Below, one piece after another: positions 38,648 through 52,400 of a DNA stretch of 64,000 nt (positions are counted from its first letter, which is position 1; each line of letters starts with the position of its first letter). The notes under the pieces were generated by a model that was not told where the DNA came from, made no database searches, and saw only the letters and a program-made list of their open reading frames with translations. The stretch lies in contig LSRY02000031.1 of the NCBI GenBank assembly GCA_001643675.2, positions 992,001 through 1,056,000 of the forward strand, read 5' to 3'. Position numbers and translations under genes: made by a program. This stretch comes from Monocercomonoides exilis PA203 (lineage: Eukaryota > Protista > Preaxostyla).

Positions 38648-39510
38648 CGTTACATACTGTATTGCTCAATCGCTTCGCAATATCTTCAGGCTTTTTTTCA
38701 TTTGAAACGAAATCTGAAACATAATAAAATAATCCAACATCAGTTAAAAAGTTATATTATTTAAACAAAAAACTAAATGAAAAAAAATTTTTAATAATAA
38801 TCAAACTTGATTTTTTTCTTCTTGAGTTTTCGCAGCTGCAAGAACAATGGTTTTTTAAGCCAGATTTCTGGGGTTCAAAACTCTTTTTCATCAAAAAAAA
38901 AATATCATTCAATAAACCATGTTCAATTTAATAATTTGCAAAAAAATGTATTTTCAATTGAAAATGAAAATAAATATTAATAAAAATAAATAGACTAAAA
39001 AAACTTTTTAATTCTGTTTCGCTGAAATCACTATGTGGTTTTGAAGAAGGTGCTGGGGCTTTGTTTATCTCCCGTGAATAGTAATATTCTCCGGGAAAAA
39101 TGCCCCAGCTTTCTTGATTCAATTCTTTAATTGAAAAAGACGAAAAAACGCAACGAAGAAGCTCAACACGAAGGTTCAAGGGGCTTCTTTTCCGCACTGC
39201 ACCGATATTTTGAATTGAACTTGTAAATTTTTCTTTCAAAAAAAATATTGGAAAATATCATAATTATAAATACAAAATAGATCTTATTTTTTGTTTTATG
39301 GAAAAAAATAATTAAAAAAGCAAACCTTCAAAGCGGATCTGGATTGCCTCTTGGAAAGGCTTTCCTTTTTTGAAGTGAAAAATAAAATAAAGATAACACT
39401 CCACTAGGTCTGATGGAGCAGCGGACTCCAAAGCTTCCAAAACTTTGTCTGCTTTTCGAGTTTTGCTTGCAAAATGCAAGTCATAAAAGTTTCCAATCAT
39501 CAACAGCTTG
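36600..39510 (-). mobile_element. Decayed Sola-type DDD transposon ORF with a Gly/Ala/Glu-rich repetitive linker
   Basis: N-terminal ORFs 39312-39503 and 38928-39239 (LRVELLRCVFSSFSIKEL..W); MSYSTFCK; KKTDLCEICE; ILMDFKENW; FCDNGPHFRN; FFAEHHGKNKCDSEFG. Confidence 0.8.
38599..38647. repeat. poly(T) tract of ~49 nt
   Basis: Seen directly. Confidence 0.95.
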
Positions 39511-39719
39511 ATGGGAAAAAATTATGGAAAACAAAATAATTAATGTTAATGACAAAATAAATACAGTGAATAAAAACACACTATTGATTTGCGAATCATT
39601 TGTATTTCCTTTTTATTTTCATTAATTTTATCTCGATAATGTTTGAATATCATCATATTTAAGCAATTGGACACGTTATTCAATTCACCTCAATTCTGAA
39701 TAAACTACTGAGGGATTGG

Positions 39720-39772
39720 ACATCATGTAAGGTGGAGGTAGGTTATGCAGAAGATAAAGAAGCAACAGCAGC

Positions 39773-39808
<36 letters not shown>

Positions 39809-40730
39809 GGAAGAGGAAGAGGAAGAAGAAGAAGAGTTTGCATCACAGAAACACAAAACAGACAAAAAAAATTGAAAAAGGGATAGAAGAATGAGAAGAC
39901 GAAGATAAATGTGAAAAAGATGATGAAATAGAAAGATAATTCGACATTTGTGCAGAAAATGAGGAAGGCTGCCTGGGAATTGAAGAAGTTTATGATTCAA
40001 ACTTCGAGAGGCACACGAAATCGATTGTATTTATCCGCGTTCTATTTGAGATAGCCTGCTTCTCTTTTCCGTCTCAAACGAAATAGTCCGTTCGCTTATC
40101 TCTCTGGCCACATCTGACTTCTTCTTCGGGGAGATCATCCAGATTTTTCCGTATTGATTCACCAGCTGCATCAGAATGCGGGCAAGAAGCGGGCTCTCTG
40201 CCATCGCTATCAGCTGTGCCTCCTTTGCGAGCGTGTCGTCGCTGTCCATCACAATTTCCATTATCTTTTTCTCTCTTTCTTTTTCTTCTCCTCCTTCTCC
40301 TTCTCCTTCTTCCAAAACTCCATGTTCCACACTGCAAAAAGCACAAGCTCATTCAACACTTTGACACATCCAGGTGTTATCAGTAGCAGTATTGAAGTGT
40401 TGTTCTTTTTGTCTGTCACATAGAGTGAGATATGCTCCTCAAACATTATTGATGGAAGTGTTGAACATGTGAGGGAAGAATAAGAGCTCTCAACAACTGA
40501 AGAAATCTCAGTGAGCGAGGGAAGGCAGGGAGAGAGGAGAGAAAAAATTGAGAAGCAAAAGTGTGATCGAAGAGAAGAGACAAAGGCAAATAAGCAGACG
40601 ATGCCGGTTACTTAAGTGTTGAAGTGGGAGATGGTTGTTGATTGGATTAAAAGTTGTGATAACTTTGATGAAGAAAATGTTGAAGATGATGAAGAGAAAG
40701 AAGAGGTCGAAGGAGTAAAGGAGATTATTT
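39720..40730 (-). pseudogene. Disrupted gene fragment of unknown function, including a (GAA/GAG)n microsatellite at ~39774-39836
   Basis: GC-richer coding-like ORFs 40261-40446 and 40031-40330, joined by a frameshift. Confidence 0.4.
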
Positions 40731-40777
40731 CCAAACAGATTATTATATTTCTTTTTCTGAATAATTTTTCCTAATAT

Positions 40778-41032
40778 GGGTAATTATTTTTGAAATCATA
40801 ACTTTTTTCGGGGTGTTAACTTTTCTTGGGTTATATGTCTTTGAGAAAAGATTTTGAATTTAAATGAAAAATTCATACTATCTATTTCAAAAACATATTT
40901 TCAAGCTGAAATAAAGAAAAGCATTTATTGGATTAGAATGTTCTCTTTTCAGGGTAGATTTACGAATATTCAAAAAAAATATTCTAACCGAAATTTTTGA
41001 CAGAAAAAATATGATTTCAAAAATAATTACCC
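40778..41032. mobile_element. MITE family A
   Basis: Perfect 23-bp TIR GGGTAATTATTTTTGAAATCATA, with ATAT on both sides. Confidence 0.92.
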
Positions 41033-41336
41033 ATATATATTTTCAAATTTAGCAAATCTTTTTGTTTTAATGTCCTCGTAGAGTTTTCCGTTTGAATGCA
41101 AAAGTTTTCAGAAAACAGAAGCAATAATTATGAGTTAATATATACAGTTTATTTGAGATCAATTCCTGCACTGTTGACAATTCTGTGAAACTTTTATTTA
41201 CATTAACCTCATTACAAAATAAAGGCAAAAATGATAATCTCACTTTTCATGAATATTCTCCTGAAATATCATAAATAAAACACATTTGTTTTTAATAACA
41301 AAAATTTATTATTATTTTTGATTCTTTATCAAATAT

Positions 41337-41606
41337 GGGGGAAAAAACGGACTTTCAAGCTGTTTTTGCACAAAGCAAGAAAAAAATTGCTTCTCTTATA
41401 ACTTTGTTTCTCTTTCTCAGATTTCGAAACAAATTTGATTTGCATATCCGTAAATAGGCAAAGTTGAAATTAAAACGAAAAGTTTTTCAACTTTTCACGA
41501 ATTTCAAAAAATAGACTCATTTTTATTGTGTTTTTCGATAAAAAAAAAGTTAATGAAAAGTTCATAATTTTTCTATGAAAATGCCTGAAAAGAAATATTT
41601 TGTTCC
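41337..41606 (+). mobile_element. MITE family B
   Basis: GGGGGAAAAAACGGACTTTCAAGC...AAATATTTTGTTCC, with ATAT on both sides. Confidence 0.88.
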
Positions 41607-43329
41607 ATATGCATTAAGAATAACATATTGCAAACTGTCAATTTTTGATTATATTTATGTTTATCCCAAGAAGCACAAGCTGTATTTGCTTCCATGAAAG
41701 TTAATATATATTCAGAGCATTGAAAAATCCTCATGAAATAATAACTTTAAAAAATATCAGTGTTTTTGTTAATTCACAAAATAAATCGAAATTTTCCAAA
41801 ATAATTCATAACACTGCATTTGCATGATTGTTCGAGCTAATGTTTCTCTTTTTCATTGCGAAAGTTATCACTTAATTTTAATCAGTTTATTAAATATATT
41901 ATTATGTGACTAAATATACAACTTTTCTAAAAATTTTGACAAATTGAAAAAACAATGCATTTTGAACTACATGTTTCATTTTTAATAACATGATAAATCA
42001 TAAAATCATTTGTCTATCATAAAAAAAAACAAAAAGTCGAAAAAAATAAAAAAAATCTATATACAGTGTTTCCTTTTTTACCAACAATCTTATCAAAAAC
42101 CTTCCTTGTCTCATAAGCATAAAATAATCTTTAAAAACCAAATTTTTATCCCTTTAATCATTCCAAAAAAATAATTTCAAATACCTTTTTAATTGAATAA
42201 ATAATGCTATCTAAAAAACTTATTTTGATAATTAACTTTGCGGAAAAAAATAAAATAATAAATTGAATTAAACAAATAACAACAAACATTTGTTTATTAA
42301 AATAACTTTTAAAAACCATCAAAAAACAAATGCATTACTATCAATTTTAATATTCATCAAAAAATGAATTAGTATATCTAGATTTTATGAAATTTTGAAA
42401 ACGATAAAAATTTATTATTAGAAATGAAATTGTTTCATAATGTTTATACAATAAATAATTGAAAAACGAAAATTTGTCAACTTCTTATTATAAGAAATAT
42501 TTTTTAGAAAATATTTTGAATATTGACAATATTTCGATTTAAATTTTTTATAAAATTTATGTTTAAAATGTGAATTGTTGATGATGTTTAAAAACAGAGC
42601 ATTTTTTTTTATGGTTGAAAAATTAATTCAATATAATTTTTGAGCGAATAAATTTTCTCATAAGAAAAGGTGAAATGGAGATTTTAAGATTGGAATGTTT
42701 TAATATATAAAAATATATTTTTTTATTAAAGTTTCAAATCATGAAAAAAATTTAAGAAGTGGATGAAAATATTGCATTAAAATAACTACAAAAAAAAATT
42801 TCTTGAGGATAATTTGAACAATTTTCTTTTTATTTCGAAATTTCAAAGAAATAGGATTCAGAATCGTTCTGAACTTTAGAAAATAAAATTTAAAAATTTT
42901 TTTCAACAGGAAAATGAAAGTATCAAATATCAACTTAATCAATAAAGTTTTGATAAATTTTGAGGATTGTTATCAGAATTATTTCTGTTTAGGTCTGTGA
43001 AATCGATCTTGCCCGGTATTTTTTGTTCAATCTGTATCATATCCACATGAATATTCAACAAAATCAACTTTCTCAAAAAAATATTTACTCTTGTTTATAT
43101 TTTATTTTTATTCCAAGTTCAGATATTTTCGAATGATGTTTAACATCATTAAAAAGGGCAAACAACTTATTTATTGAAATATTTTTCTTCCAATTCAACA
43201 ACCTTTGAAATGAGGAACAAAACAATTTAAGTGAAATATACTGATTTGAAAGTTTTTTTTATTATATTGGTTTTCAGTCGATGGAAATATTTAAATTCTT
43301 GTTTATTCTTTCAATTGAGAGAAGTCACT

Positions 43330-45540
43330 ATTATGGGTCATGTAACTTTTCGTGATCAAAAATGTTTAGCACCCCGCAAACTCCATTTCAAGCCGGGCTC
43401 GCACCTTCTTCTGGTTCTGATATGCAGATGAGTGGGCCAACGAGTTCTCAATGCAGTAGCTCACAGATACCAACAGCTTCTTCAAATATCTTTTCACACG
43501 CTGAATTAGAGAGACATCCTTCTCCCATCTCATCCGAAGTCTCAGATTATCGAACTGTTGATGATTTGTTCAAATCAATATTTGGTGTCGAACCAACAAC
43601 TTCTCTTTTTGATTTACGAATGCCGAAGACGATGTTGGAGGACATTGCAACTTGCTACAACGAACAGGATTTTAGTCCTGTATTACAAGCATCTCCTCCA
43701 GCATCAAGCAGAACGTCCTTTTGCTATCGGGATGCCTTGGACAGAGCAGGCGAACGAGTCGAAAAATTCTTATATCCAACATTTAAGGCCTAACTGATGT
43801 GGCTTCAAGTCAAAAGCGATGAAGCAGAGAGCCACGAACGGATGATAATGGACGCAATTCTAATGGTTTCCCAATCACTTCATGAAGCAAGAAAGTGCAT
43901 AATCGAAGGAAGATTCGGTTTTCGCAAAGCAGAAAAGATGGATTCGGAACCATCAGGAGGCCTGCTGACCCAGCGTCAGGCACAGATATTGAAAGAACTT
44001 TCAAAAGAGCAGAAGAAGCAACAGGGACCTACATATATATATTCTTTTTCAAAGAGCAGTTCTTTTCAAAAATATCACACGATGCAACAAATTTCTGGAA
44101 GAAAACACTTTTTTCAAGGAAGTCCCCGGTCGTCGACGTTCAGAAGCGCAGGACCAAGGAGAGATTATTGGAAGAAAAACACAACAAGACGAACCGCGGG
44201 ACTGCAGAAGAATTAGAGCAAGCTCAGACGAGAAGAACTTTAGAAGCTGGAAAGATAGGAGGTTGGACAACAGACAATATGAAAGAACGGAGAAAAATAA
44301 ACGGAGGAAAATTAATCAAAAATGGAGTCCAGGCTCATTGGCTCAATCGCAGGGCAAGAGATGATTTGCAAATGATGAAAATCAAAGACAGAGCAGCTGA
44401 AGATGGAGATTGTTAGCAAATTTCTTCTAGAAGTGGTGAAATTCCTGATCAGGGTGTTTAACATTCTGAAAAAGTCCGGAGCGAGGAGGCAGTATTTGGA
44501 TAGCAGAATTTTGAATGCAGAAATGAAGAAAGTTAACTTCAAATGTGAGAACAAAAAAACAGTAGAAAAATAGATAAGCATGAACGACTACGCGGTGACA
44601 ATGGATTTGTCTCAAGCCTATTATCTAATTCCTGTTTCAAACGAACTCAGACCTTATCTAACGTTCAGGTTCGAAGGCATCGATTAGGCTTTTTTCGGGA
44701 CTCTGTTAGGTGTTACAGATGCTCCAAGGTATTTCACAAAAGTCATGAGGAAAGTCACAACGGAAATCAAAAGAAAATGGAATGTGAGAGTGATATCATG
44801 CTTGGACGATCTTATTTTCCTGCATCAAGATTTCAACATGTTGAAAGAAATCACAAGCGAGGTGATTCGATTTTTGGAGAATCTGGGCTTGATTATCAAC
44901 AAGGACAAATGTTCATTAACCCGGAGGAGAAAGTTCACTTTTCTGGGGTTTGCATGGGATACAGAAATATTTACGGTTCAATTGAGCGAGGAGAGTTTAG
45001 GATCTCTCAAAGGGATGTTGAGTCAATGGATAGTGAAAGCAATAAGAGCCAAAACAGTTCAAATAAAGGATTTTGCCTCAGCAATTGGAAAGCTCAGCGC
45101 AGTAAGATTCGTATACCAGGATGCGTCACTTCACCTTGCAGCTCATCATCGTCTCCTGCAGAGGAACGTGAAGACATCCGGATGAAAAAGTGCAATGAAG
45201 AAGAATGCTTAAGTGTTGAGAGAAATGAGGGGGTGACAATGGATATTGAGCCAGAATCGAACGAGACCTTTTCAAGCAGTGTTTATTCCACAAGCTGCTC
45301 TAACGATGGATGCATCCGAACGAGCTTGGTGAGCAACGCTTTGAGTCAACAATAAGTTACTGGGTCTCCACCTTAAATTCCACCATTTGGTTGTCAAACA
45401 GACTTAGAATTTCAGATAATTGCTTACTTTGCTGCTGGCTCTTCGACATTTCTCACCAACAATCAAATGAAATTTGATCAAAAACATCTTTATCAGATTT
45501 TGCGATTGTTATACAGCGCTCAATGTTTTTCTATGAAATA
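43330..45540 (+). mobile_element. Decayed DIRS/Ngaro-like retrotransposon (gag-like ORF, RT, RNase H), 3'-truncated
   Basis: Gag-like ORFs 43362-44216. RT motifs LDSRILN, MDLSQAYYLIPV..LRPYLTF, APRYFTKVM, ISCLDDL (YLDD-type) and FTFLGFAW. RNase H motif LTMDASERAW*A. No tyrosine recombinase is visible. Confidence 0.85.
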
Positions 45541-47955
45541 TAAGTGTCATTCTTTTTGAAAAGTCGCAAACGTTTAACTGATCTGAAAATAAGATCGAAA
45601 ATGATCAAAAAATTTGATCTTTCCGTTCCCACAATATAGAGTCAAAAAATATATATTCGATTTCTTTTTGCACACACAGAAATATTAATTCGAAATTGGC
45701 TTTATATCATATACAGTTTTAACTTTATTGTTATTTTCACTATTGAAAATTGGATATTTCTTCCCATTTTTGGTGACAAATTTTTTGTTTTCTTTTCATC
45801 CGTTTAATTATTCATTCTGATTTTTGAAATGCTTTCTTTCTGTCAAACAAACTTCTTTTTTGTGATACAAAAAGAAAAAATGTTTAATATCTGAGAAAAA
45901 ATTTTGAAATTTTCTTTTTTTGATAATTTTTCTGTTAACTGTTTATTAATCATAAATGATTTTCAAAAAGGGGAATTAAAAGAACAATTATCGATGCTTA
46001 ATAGAAAAAACGAAGTAAATTAACGACATTTCATCAGAAGCTGTGAATATTAAAAATACAAAAAATACTTGTTTCTTTTTAATTGATTCAAATCAGAAAT
46101 TATTTCCCTTGTTATGTTTGGCTTCACTTATATCATTCGCTAGTCTTTCTTAAAAAGATCCATAGCATTGTCTGAAAAAAATTCTGTTTTCACTTTTCCT
46201 CTCTATCATAAATGACAAGCTTTCACAGATGATCGATCCTTTCTGATCGAAACAATGACGTAGTTTTCAAACAACTGGCGGAGCTTGAGGCATATCAATG
46301 GGGCGTCTGAAAAGGCTTCTTGTGTGTGGCGAAACACAGCAATTATCTCCTCGCTCTGAACCTTTCTCTTTGTCTTCTTCACTTGGAGCAGCATGCCGGT
46401 TTGCTTCGCCATTCCGGAGGCGGAGAAGCGAAGAGAAGAAAGCAGCAGAAGATGATAAGTCATCATTGTCAGCACCTGCGATTGACCCTTCGGACATCTC
46501 TGCTGTGGCAACATCATACACATCGGCAGGAGCGATGGACGATATCGAGAGGCGGATGTGGCTTATGTTAATCAAAGATAGTTAAAACTGAGTGAGCAAC
46601 AGAAGCTGTGGGATATGTTGTGGCTCGGTGGGGGGTGCTGTATGGAGGTGTTGTGTGTGCATACGATGTGGCACTTTCTGCGATGCTTTTGGTTCAGCTG
46701 GTGGCGCAGCTTCCATCACTTGCAGCGTCTGTGGGAACGAATCCAGAGGGAAAGCAGATTTTTGTGTCGGCTGTATGAATGAGTTCCCGTCAATATACGA
46801 TCTGTTTGACTCGTCGCGACCGATTTGGCGATCGTCTAAGTTGAAATATTTGGTGGTGAAGCTGGACGACGAGTTGTTGGACGAGAGGCTACAGTGAGTG
46901 AAGTCGTGTCAATTGTGGAGAAGGGGCTATCGGCAGCGGGGCTGATGATGGAGGATGTGGTTCTGCCACCAGCAGCGATTGCGCTGGACGTGCTGAAGGA
47001 GCGAATATAAGCTGAGGAATGAGAACGGTTCAACAGCAGAAGCAGATGAGTGTTTGAGTATTTCAACAATGAAAAGTTTTGTTGAAATGATCAGATATAT
47101 GGAGCTGTTGTAAAAATGAGCGAATGATTTGTCAAGTTATGAGTGAAATGACAAATTTGATGAAGAAACTTGGGGAAAAAAGTTGTTTGATTAATACGGA
47201 GTGATAAGAAGAAGAGGAGAAAAAGAAGGCAAAGGGAAAAATTGAGTGCAGATAGAAGAGCGGAGTGCATTGGTTGTTTTCTCTGGTTGAGGTCCGATGA
47301 GTAGTGCCTTGAACCAAAAAGGCAATCAACGAATGATGTGTATGCGCATTGCAGATGAGCAGACTTTGGATGTGCTGGGCGACCTGAACATGCAGCTGAC
47401 CATATGCTGTGCTAAGATTTTGGTGAAATGGAGTAGATGCAGCTGAAGAACGAAGTCGAAGAGGAATCTAACTCTGGAGCTTTTGGAGATCTTGGTTTCG
47501 CATGTGATATGAAATGGTGTAAATATTAAGAAAGCAATGGAAAAAGACTTGGCTGATAAGTTCTGTATGCTTGTCGTAGGAAACGGAGAAAAAGTGAAGA
47601 AGTGCAACTTTGATTGCCGCATCTGAATAGTTCGGAAGGAGCTGATGAGTCATGAGAATGCACACATCCCGCTGCATCTGCTGATGCTGAGCTGTGGAAT
47701 GGCAGTGTCTGTTGGGATGGCACAGAGAGGATTGGGCGAAAATGAAGTCAACAACTGTGGAGTAATTGATATGACTCAGCAGAGCAGAGAAGCAGTAGAA
47801 GAAGGCAATGTGAGATTGATTCTGAGCAATGGCACAACGATGAAGAGAACATGTGATAGAGAGTGTGTTTGATGGATCGTCTGATGCAGGAGACTCTGTT
47901 GACAGGGATGGAGAATGGGAGATATGCAAAAGTGAGGAAAGGAAGGATAGTCAGC

Positions 47956-49454
47956 GGTTAGTGCACAATATACGACCGTTAACAATTTTCTGTGTGGATG
48001 ATTATAAGAATATTATTAACTGTTTTATATGGTTTGCTTGAATTTCTTTTGTGCGGAAACTTTTTTATTGGACCCATGAAATTTATAAAAATTTTACTCA
48101 AAATATGGGATCGATCAAAAATTTCGATCAAAATATTAATTTTGCAATTTTTTTCTGAATGCAAATTGAGGATCGCAAATTCAAAATCAGCTTCTTCAAC
48201 GAATTATTTCATAACGCAAATGACACATGGGAATGGTTCAGAAATGAAGTGTTGAATCAAAGATACAAAGAATGCAGAAATTGCCATGCGGAAACAGTTC
48301 TCAATGAACGAAATCCAAATTCCAGGCAATGGAGATGCTTCAGATGCAAAAAAACAATAAGCCTGCTGTCAAATCTATCAATAGAAAATCAAAAAATTGG
48401 AATTAAAAAATTAATGCATATTTTCCTTTTTAAATGGATGAAGCTTTCAATCATGCAAACTTCTTCACTTCTTGGTGTGCACAGAAACACAGTTGGTTTT
48501 TACTATTCCGTTGCAACAGCAGCAATGGCACAGAGCGCAGCATCATCTTTTCAGCCAATTGGAGGTGAAAATACAATTGTGGAAATTGACGAAGCAATTT
48601 TGAACAGAAGAAAAATTTCATAAAAGGCAGATGGAAGAAGCAGATCTGGCTTTTTGGAGCTGTTCAAAGAACTCAGGATGGGAAACAAGGAAGCTTTTTT
48701 ATTATCAGAGTCCCAAATAGGAAAAAAGATACATTGCTGCCAATCATTCAAGCGAATATCTTACCAGGAACTATGATTCACAGTGATGAATGGAGAGCGT
48801 ACTCATCTCTCAGAGGTCTCGGTTACGGCCACAAAACAGTCTGCCATAAATATCATTTCAAAGACCCAGAAAGCGAAATATGTACCAACATGATTGAGGG
48901 ACTTTGGAGTCAATTTCGAAAAGATTTGCCTCGCACAGGGCTGAAGGAGAAATTCATTGATGATTATATTTCTTCTTTTGTGTTTCAAAAAAGAAAACAA
49001 TCAACATTTGTTGAAACTGTGAGAGAAATTTGCCAATATAAAGTGGATGAATATATTGAAGAAGAAAAGGAAGACCACGAAGAAGGTGATGACGAAGAAG
49101 ATGTGCCAGTTTTAGCTGAACAAAACGAAGAAATTTCTGAGGATTCGATGGAAGTTAGCGATGGAGCGGAGCATTCTGAATACGAACCCGAATAAAAAAC
49201 AGTTGCATTGCTAAATTCATATTTGTTTAGAAATATTTGTTAGCATATCAATGACAAATTGCTAAAATTTTTGTAAAATTGATCGAAATTTTTTTAAATT
49301 TTTTGATCAGAAAAATTATATCACAAAAAATATAATATTTTTTTTTCGAGTTTCCGCAAATAGTTGAAAGAAAAAAACATATGTGCACGACATGTTATCA
49401 TCATAGCTTCAACATATGTTAATTTTATTCACGGTCGCATATTGTGCATTAACC
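47956..49454 (+). mobile_element. Merlin (IS1595-like) DNA transposon, copy 1
   Basis: TIRs GGTTAGTGCACAATATACGACCGT and GGTTAATGCACAATATGCGACCGT; 8-bp TSD TAGTCAGC (47948-55, 49455-62). Confidence 0.97.
48159..49195 (+). pseudogene. Merlin/ISXO2-like transposase, frameshifted
   Basis: Same protein as 54996-56030 except for two extra A's in homopolymer runs at ~48611-48625. Confidence 0.9.
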
Positions 49455-52400
49455 TAGTCAGCTCATTCAACGAGTCAGACAAGAGGCTGGACACAGAGCA
49501 AGAATTCATTCAGCAAAGGCAGAATTCGTCAGCACAGCAATGGAGCTTGCTGGATGCTTTTTCTATGCTGATGCATTTGGTTGTTTCACTGGAGACATTA
49601 AAGAAAAAAACGAGAGCAATTGCATTGGATACGATCAGTGGAGGAGTCGCAGCTGACATGGCGGGAGAAGATGATACACACAGAAATGAGGGAGTGAGAG
49701 TATTCAGCCCATTCTACGTTTCGGAAAACAGATTGGACTGAAAAGGCGAGTTAGTCCGAAGAAGGAAGTCGAATGCAACGCAAAGGATGGATGACACGAC
49801 TGTGAACCTCGTTGGCAATCTCAGATTGTTCACAATTTTTTTGCAGCTGTTTCTATGTATGTTTCGATGGTGCTGAAGATGGCAGCAGATAATTGGCAAA
49901 GTGGCTTCACTCCTTCTTCCTCTTGTGGTTCGTGTGATTCTTTTGTAGATGATGGTGGAGGTGGTGTTGAGGAAGAAGATGAGACTACACTAGTTGCGAA
50001 GATCCAACAGGTGGAACTAACGAAGGAGCGCTTTGAGAACCAATATCAACGTAAAAAGTTTTATTATTCTGCGCTGATTGAGTGTCGACGCTTCTTTCTG
50101 GGTTATGTGGGAAATCCGTTTGGGTGTATCGGGGAGGGGGTGGGCAGGGATGCGCGTGAGTGTGGGAGGACTGTTCCTTTTGTGTCAGCGAATGTGATTG
50201 AATGCACTGATTCGTTTGAGTCAGCTTCGTTTGCAGCTGCGCTGAAAGATGTTTGTGTGCATCCTGTTTGCGTGGAGAAGGCGACTGAGATGAGGGGAGG
50301 AAGGGCGAGTGTGTCTATTAGGAGCATGACACAGCTGCAGTGCTGTTTGTGAATGAGATGGAGGAATTTGAAGGAGGGAAGGAAGGAATAGAAGGAGAAG
50401 AAAAAGGAGAAGGAGTAAAGGAAAGAGAAAGAGAATAAGAGAGACAAGTGAGGAAACAAGGGCTGCAGTTGAGTGGCTTGGTGAAACGAGTGGAGATGAA
50501 GCAGGTGGTTGTGTAGGAGTTTGTGTATGACGTGAGCGAAGAGTGGAAGATGAATGAGGAACGGTGGAAGGCGAGGAAGTATGTGGAGTAGGAGAAGATG
50601 AGAGTCTGGAGGGAATATGAAAGCGATATGGTGCTAAAGAACATGATTGCTGCCCAGAGGTCGATGGAGATGCTTTCGCAAGTGCCAGGAGGTTCGATCC
50701 TTCAACAAATTTGTAGCATGACAAGAACACAGTGCATAGTTCTGGAGGTGTGATGCAAACAGACTCTTTCGTATGTGTTCCATTTCCCGCTGAACAGGGA
50801 GTTTGTGAGTAATCCTGTGCACGCTGCAATGCTGGTGCTGACGTATGCAGCAATAGCGAAGGAGGGTTCGTGGTGGGAGTAGAAGCAGAAGGAAGGGTAG
50901 GGAAGGAGGAGCAGAGACATCGTGTGCATGCGTTGCAAGATGCAGAGAACGAAGAATAACTCAAATTTCAAAAGAAGGAAAATCTTCACAGAGCAGATGT
51001 GGATTTGATAATATTTTGGCTGCTGGAGGAGATGAGCGAGTTTGAGTGTTTGATTGGTGCGCAGCTGCGGAGCGTTGTGTATGAAGAGACCTGTGGTGAA
51101 CGGATAAATGCGAGTGCTTGAGTATTTAATGTTGATCACTGTGCGGACTTTTGTGCTGAAGGAAGGGTGAGGGGAAGAAGAAGATGATGATGATGAAGAT
51201 GAGGAAGAAGAGGAAGATTTGGATGATGGAAGATTATGAAAACAAAGAGAGGAGGCTCTAAAGAAAGTAATTTTTTGGTAATTCTTTTTCATTCAGAAGG
51301 TGCGAACTCGAGAAATTTGTAGTTTTTCGTCAAAATGGATATCTGTTGCCAATGAGGATCATAATTGTTTTGAAGAGCAAAGAACGCTTCTGAAGGCAAC
51401 CAAATAATATAGTCGAGTTTAATGGAATTATTCTTCAATATGTCTTGAAGTTATTTTCCCACTGTTGTTGGCTCGCAAGGTTTGTTTTGGTTTCTTGTTG
51501 TTGATCTTTCAGTGACTCTATTCTCATCATCGTAGTTATCGATGTTCATGTGTCTGTAGAATCTTGTGAAAGGTGATCTCTTAGGATCTCTGAAAATCAT
51601 CTACTTCTATTTCGAACCAAAACAGATATTTTTGTCGAATTCGCTTTTTCTTTATTCGTTTCAAAAAAGGTTAACCTTCGTTGGATCTGCTTGCTGATGG
51701 AAAATCATCATGAATTAAGAATTGTTTGCTAGTGTGCTTTGTTGAAAAATTTTGTTTCGATGATTACAGCGCCTCCAGAGACAGATAACGCTCTATCAGA
51801 TGCGTTTGCATTGGCAAGATAACTTATGGCTGCTGTTGTATTGCACAGATGAATTAGCGAAGCATTTCACGAGCAGGTGTTGACTCTGATGTTTCCGTTT
51901 CTCCTTTTGTATCCATCTGCTCTTGCGTTTTCAATCACAGCTGATTCTGCAGGTGCCCTCTCGTACATGCACATGGCTTAAGAGAGGCAGGTTGCATTGC
52001 TCACACTCTCAACACTCCCTTCCAGTGCATGTTCATCTGCTTCGTTTCCAGATGTTGAGGCACACTGCGAGCACGTGCAGTTTGACTGGGCTTTGTGTGC
52101 GATGGTGGAGACACAGAAAGCACAGATGAGCTGAAGGAAGTGCTGGAAATGTTGTTTGCTCGGAAGTGAAAAGAAGTTCCATGAGAAACATTATCTCATG
52201 TTACCGCAGCAGAGTGGCAGAGGATGTTTCGATTAGAAAAGCCGAGACGTAAAGCAGCTTAACTGTGCACCGAGGTGCTCCTGCACTGGTGAAACTCAAA
52301 GGTACTATCAGACAACAGGATGTGTTGAACGTTAATGTTTGCAACGGAAACATGAACAACGGAGGAGAGGAGGATTAGCATGAGAGTGTAAGCGAGGTGC

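Noticed and set aside
38001-38764. F/I/K-rich ORFs, including poly-Phe
   Set aside because: They are low-complexity AT/poly(T) artefacts.
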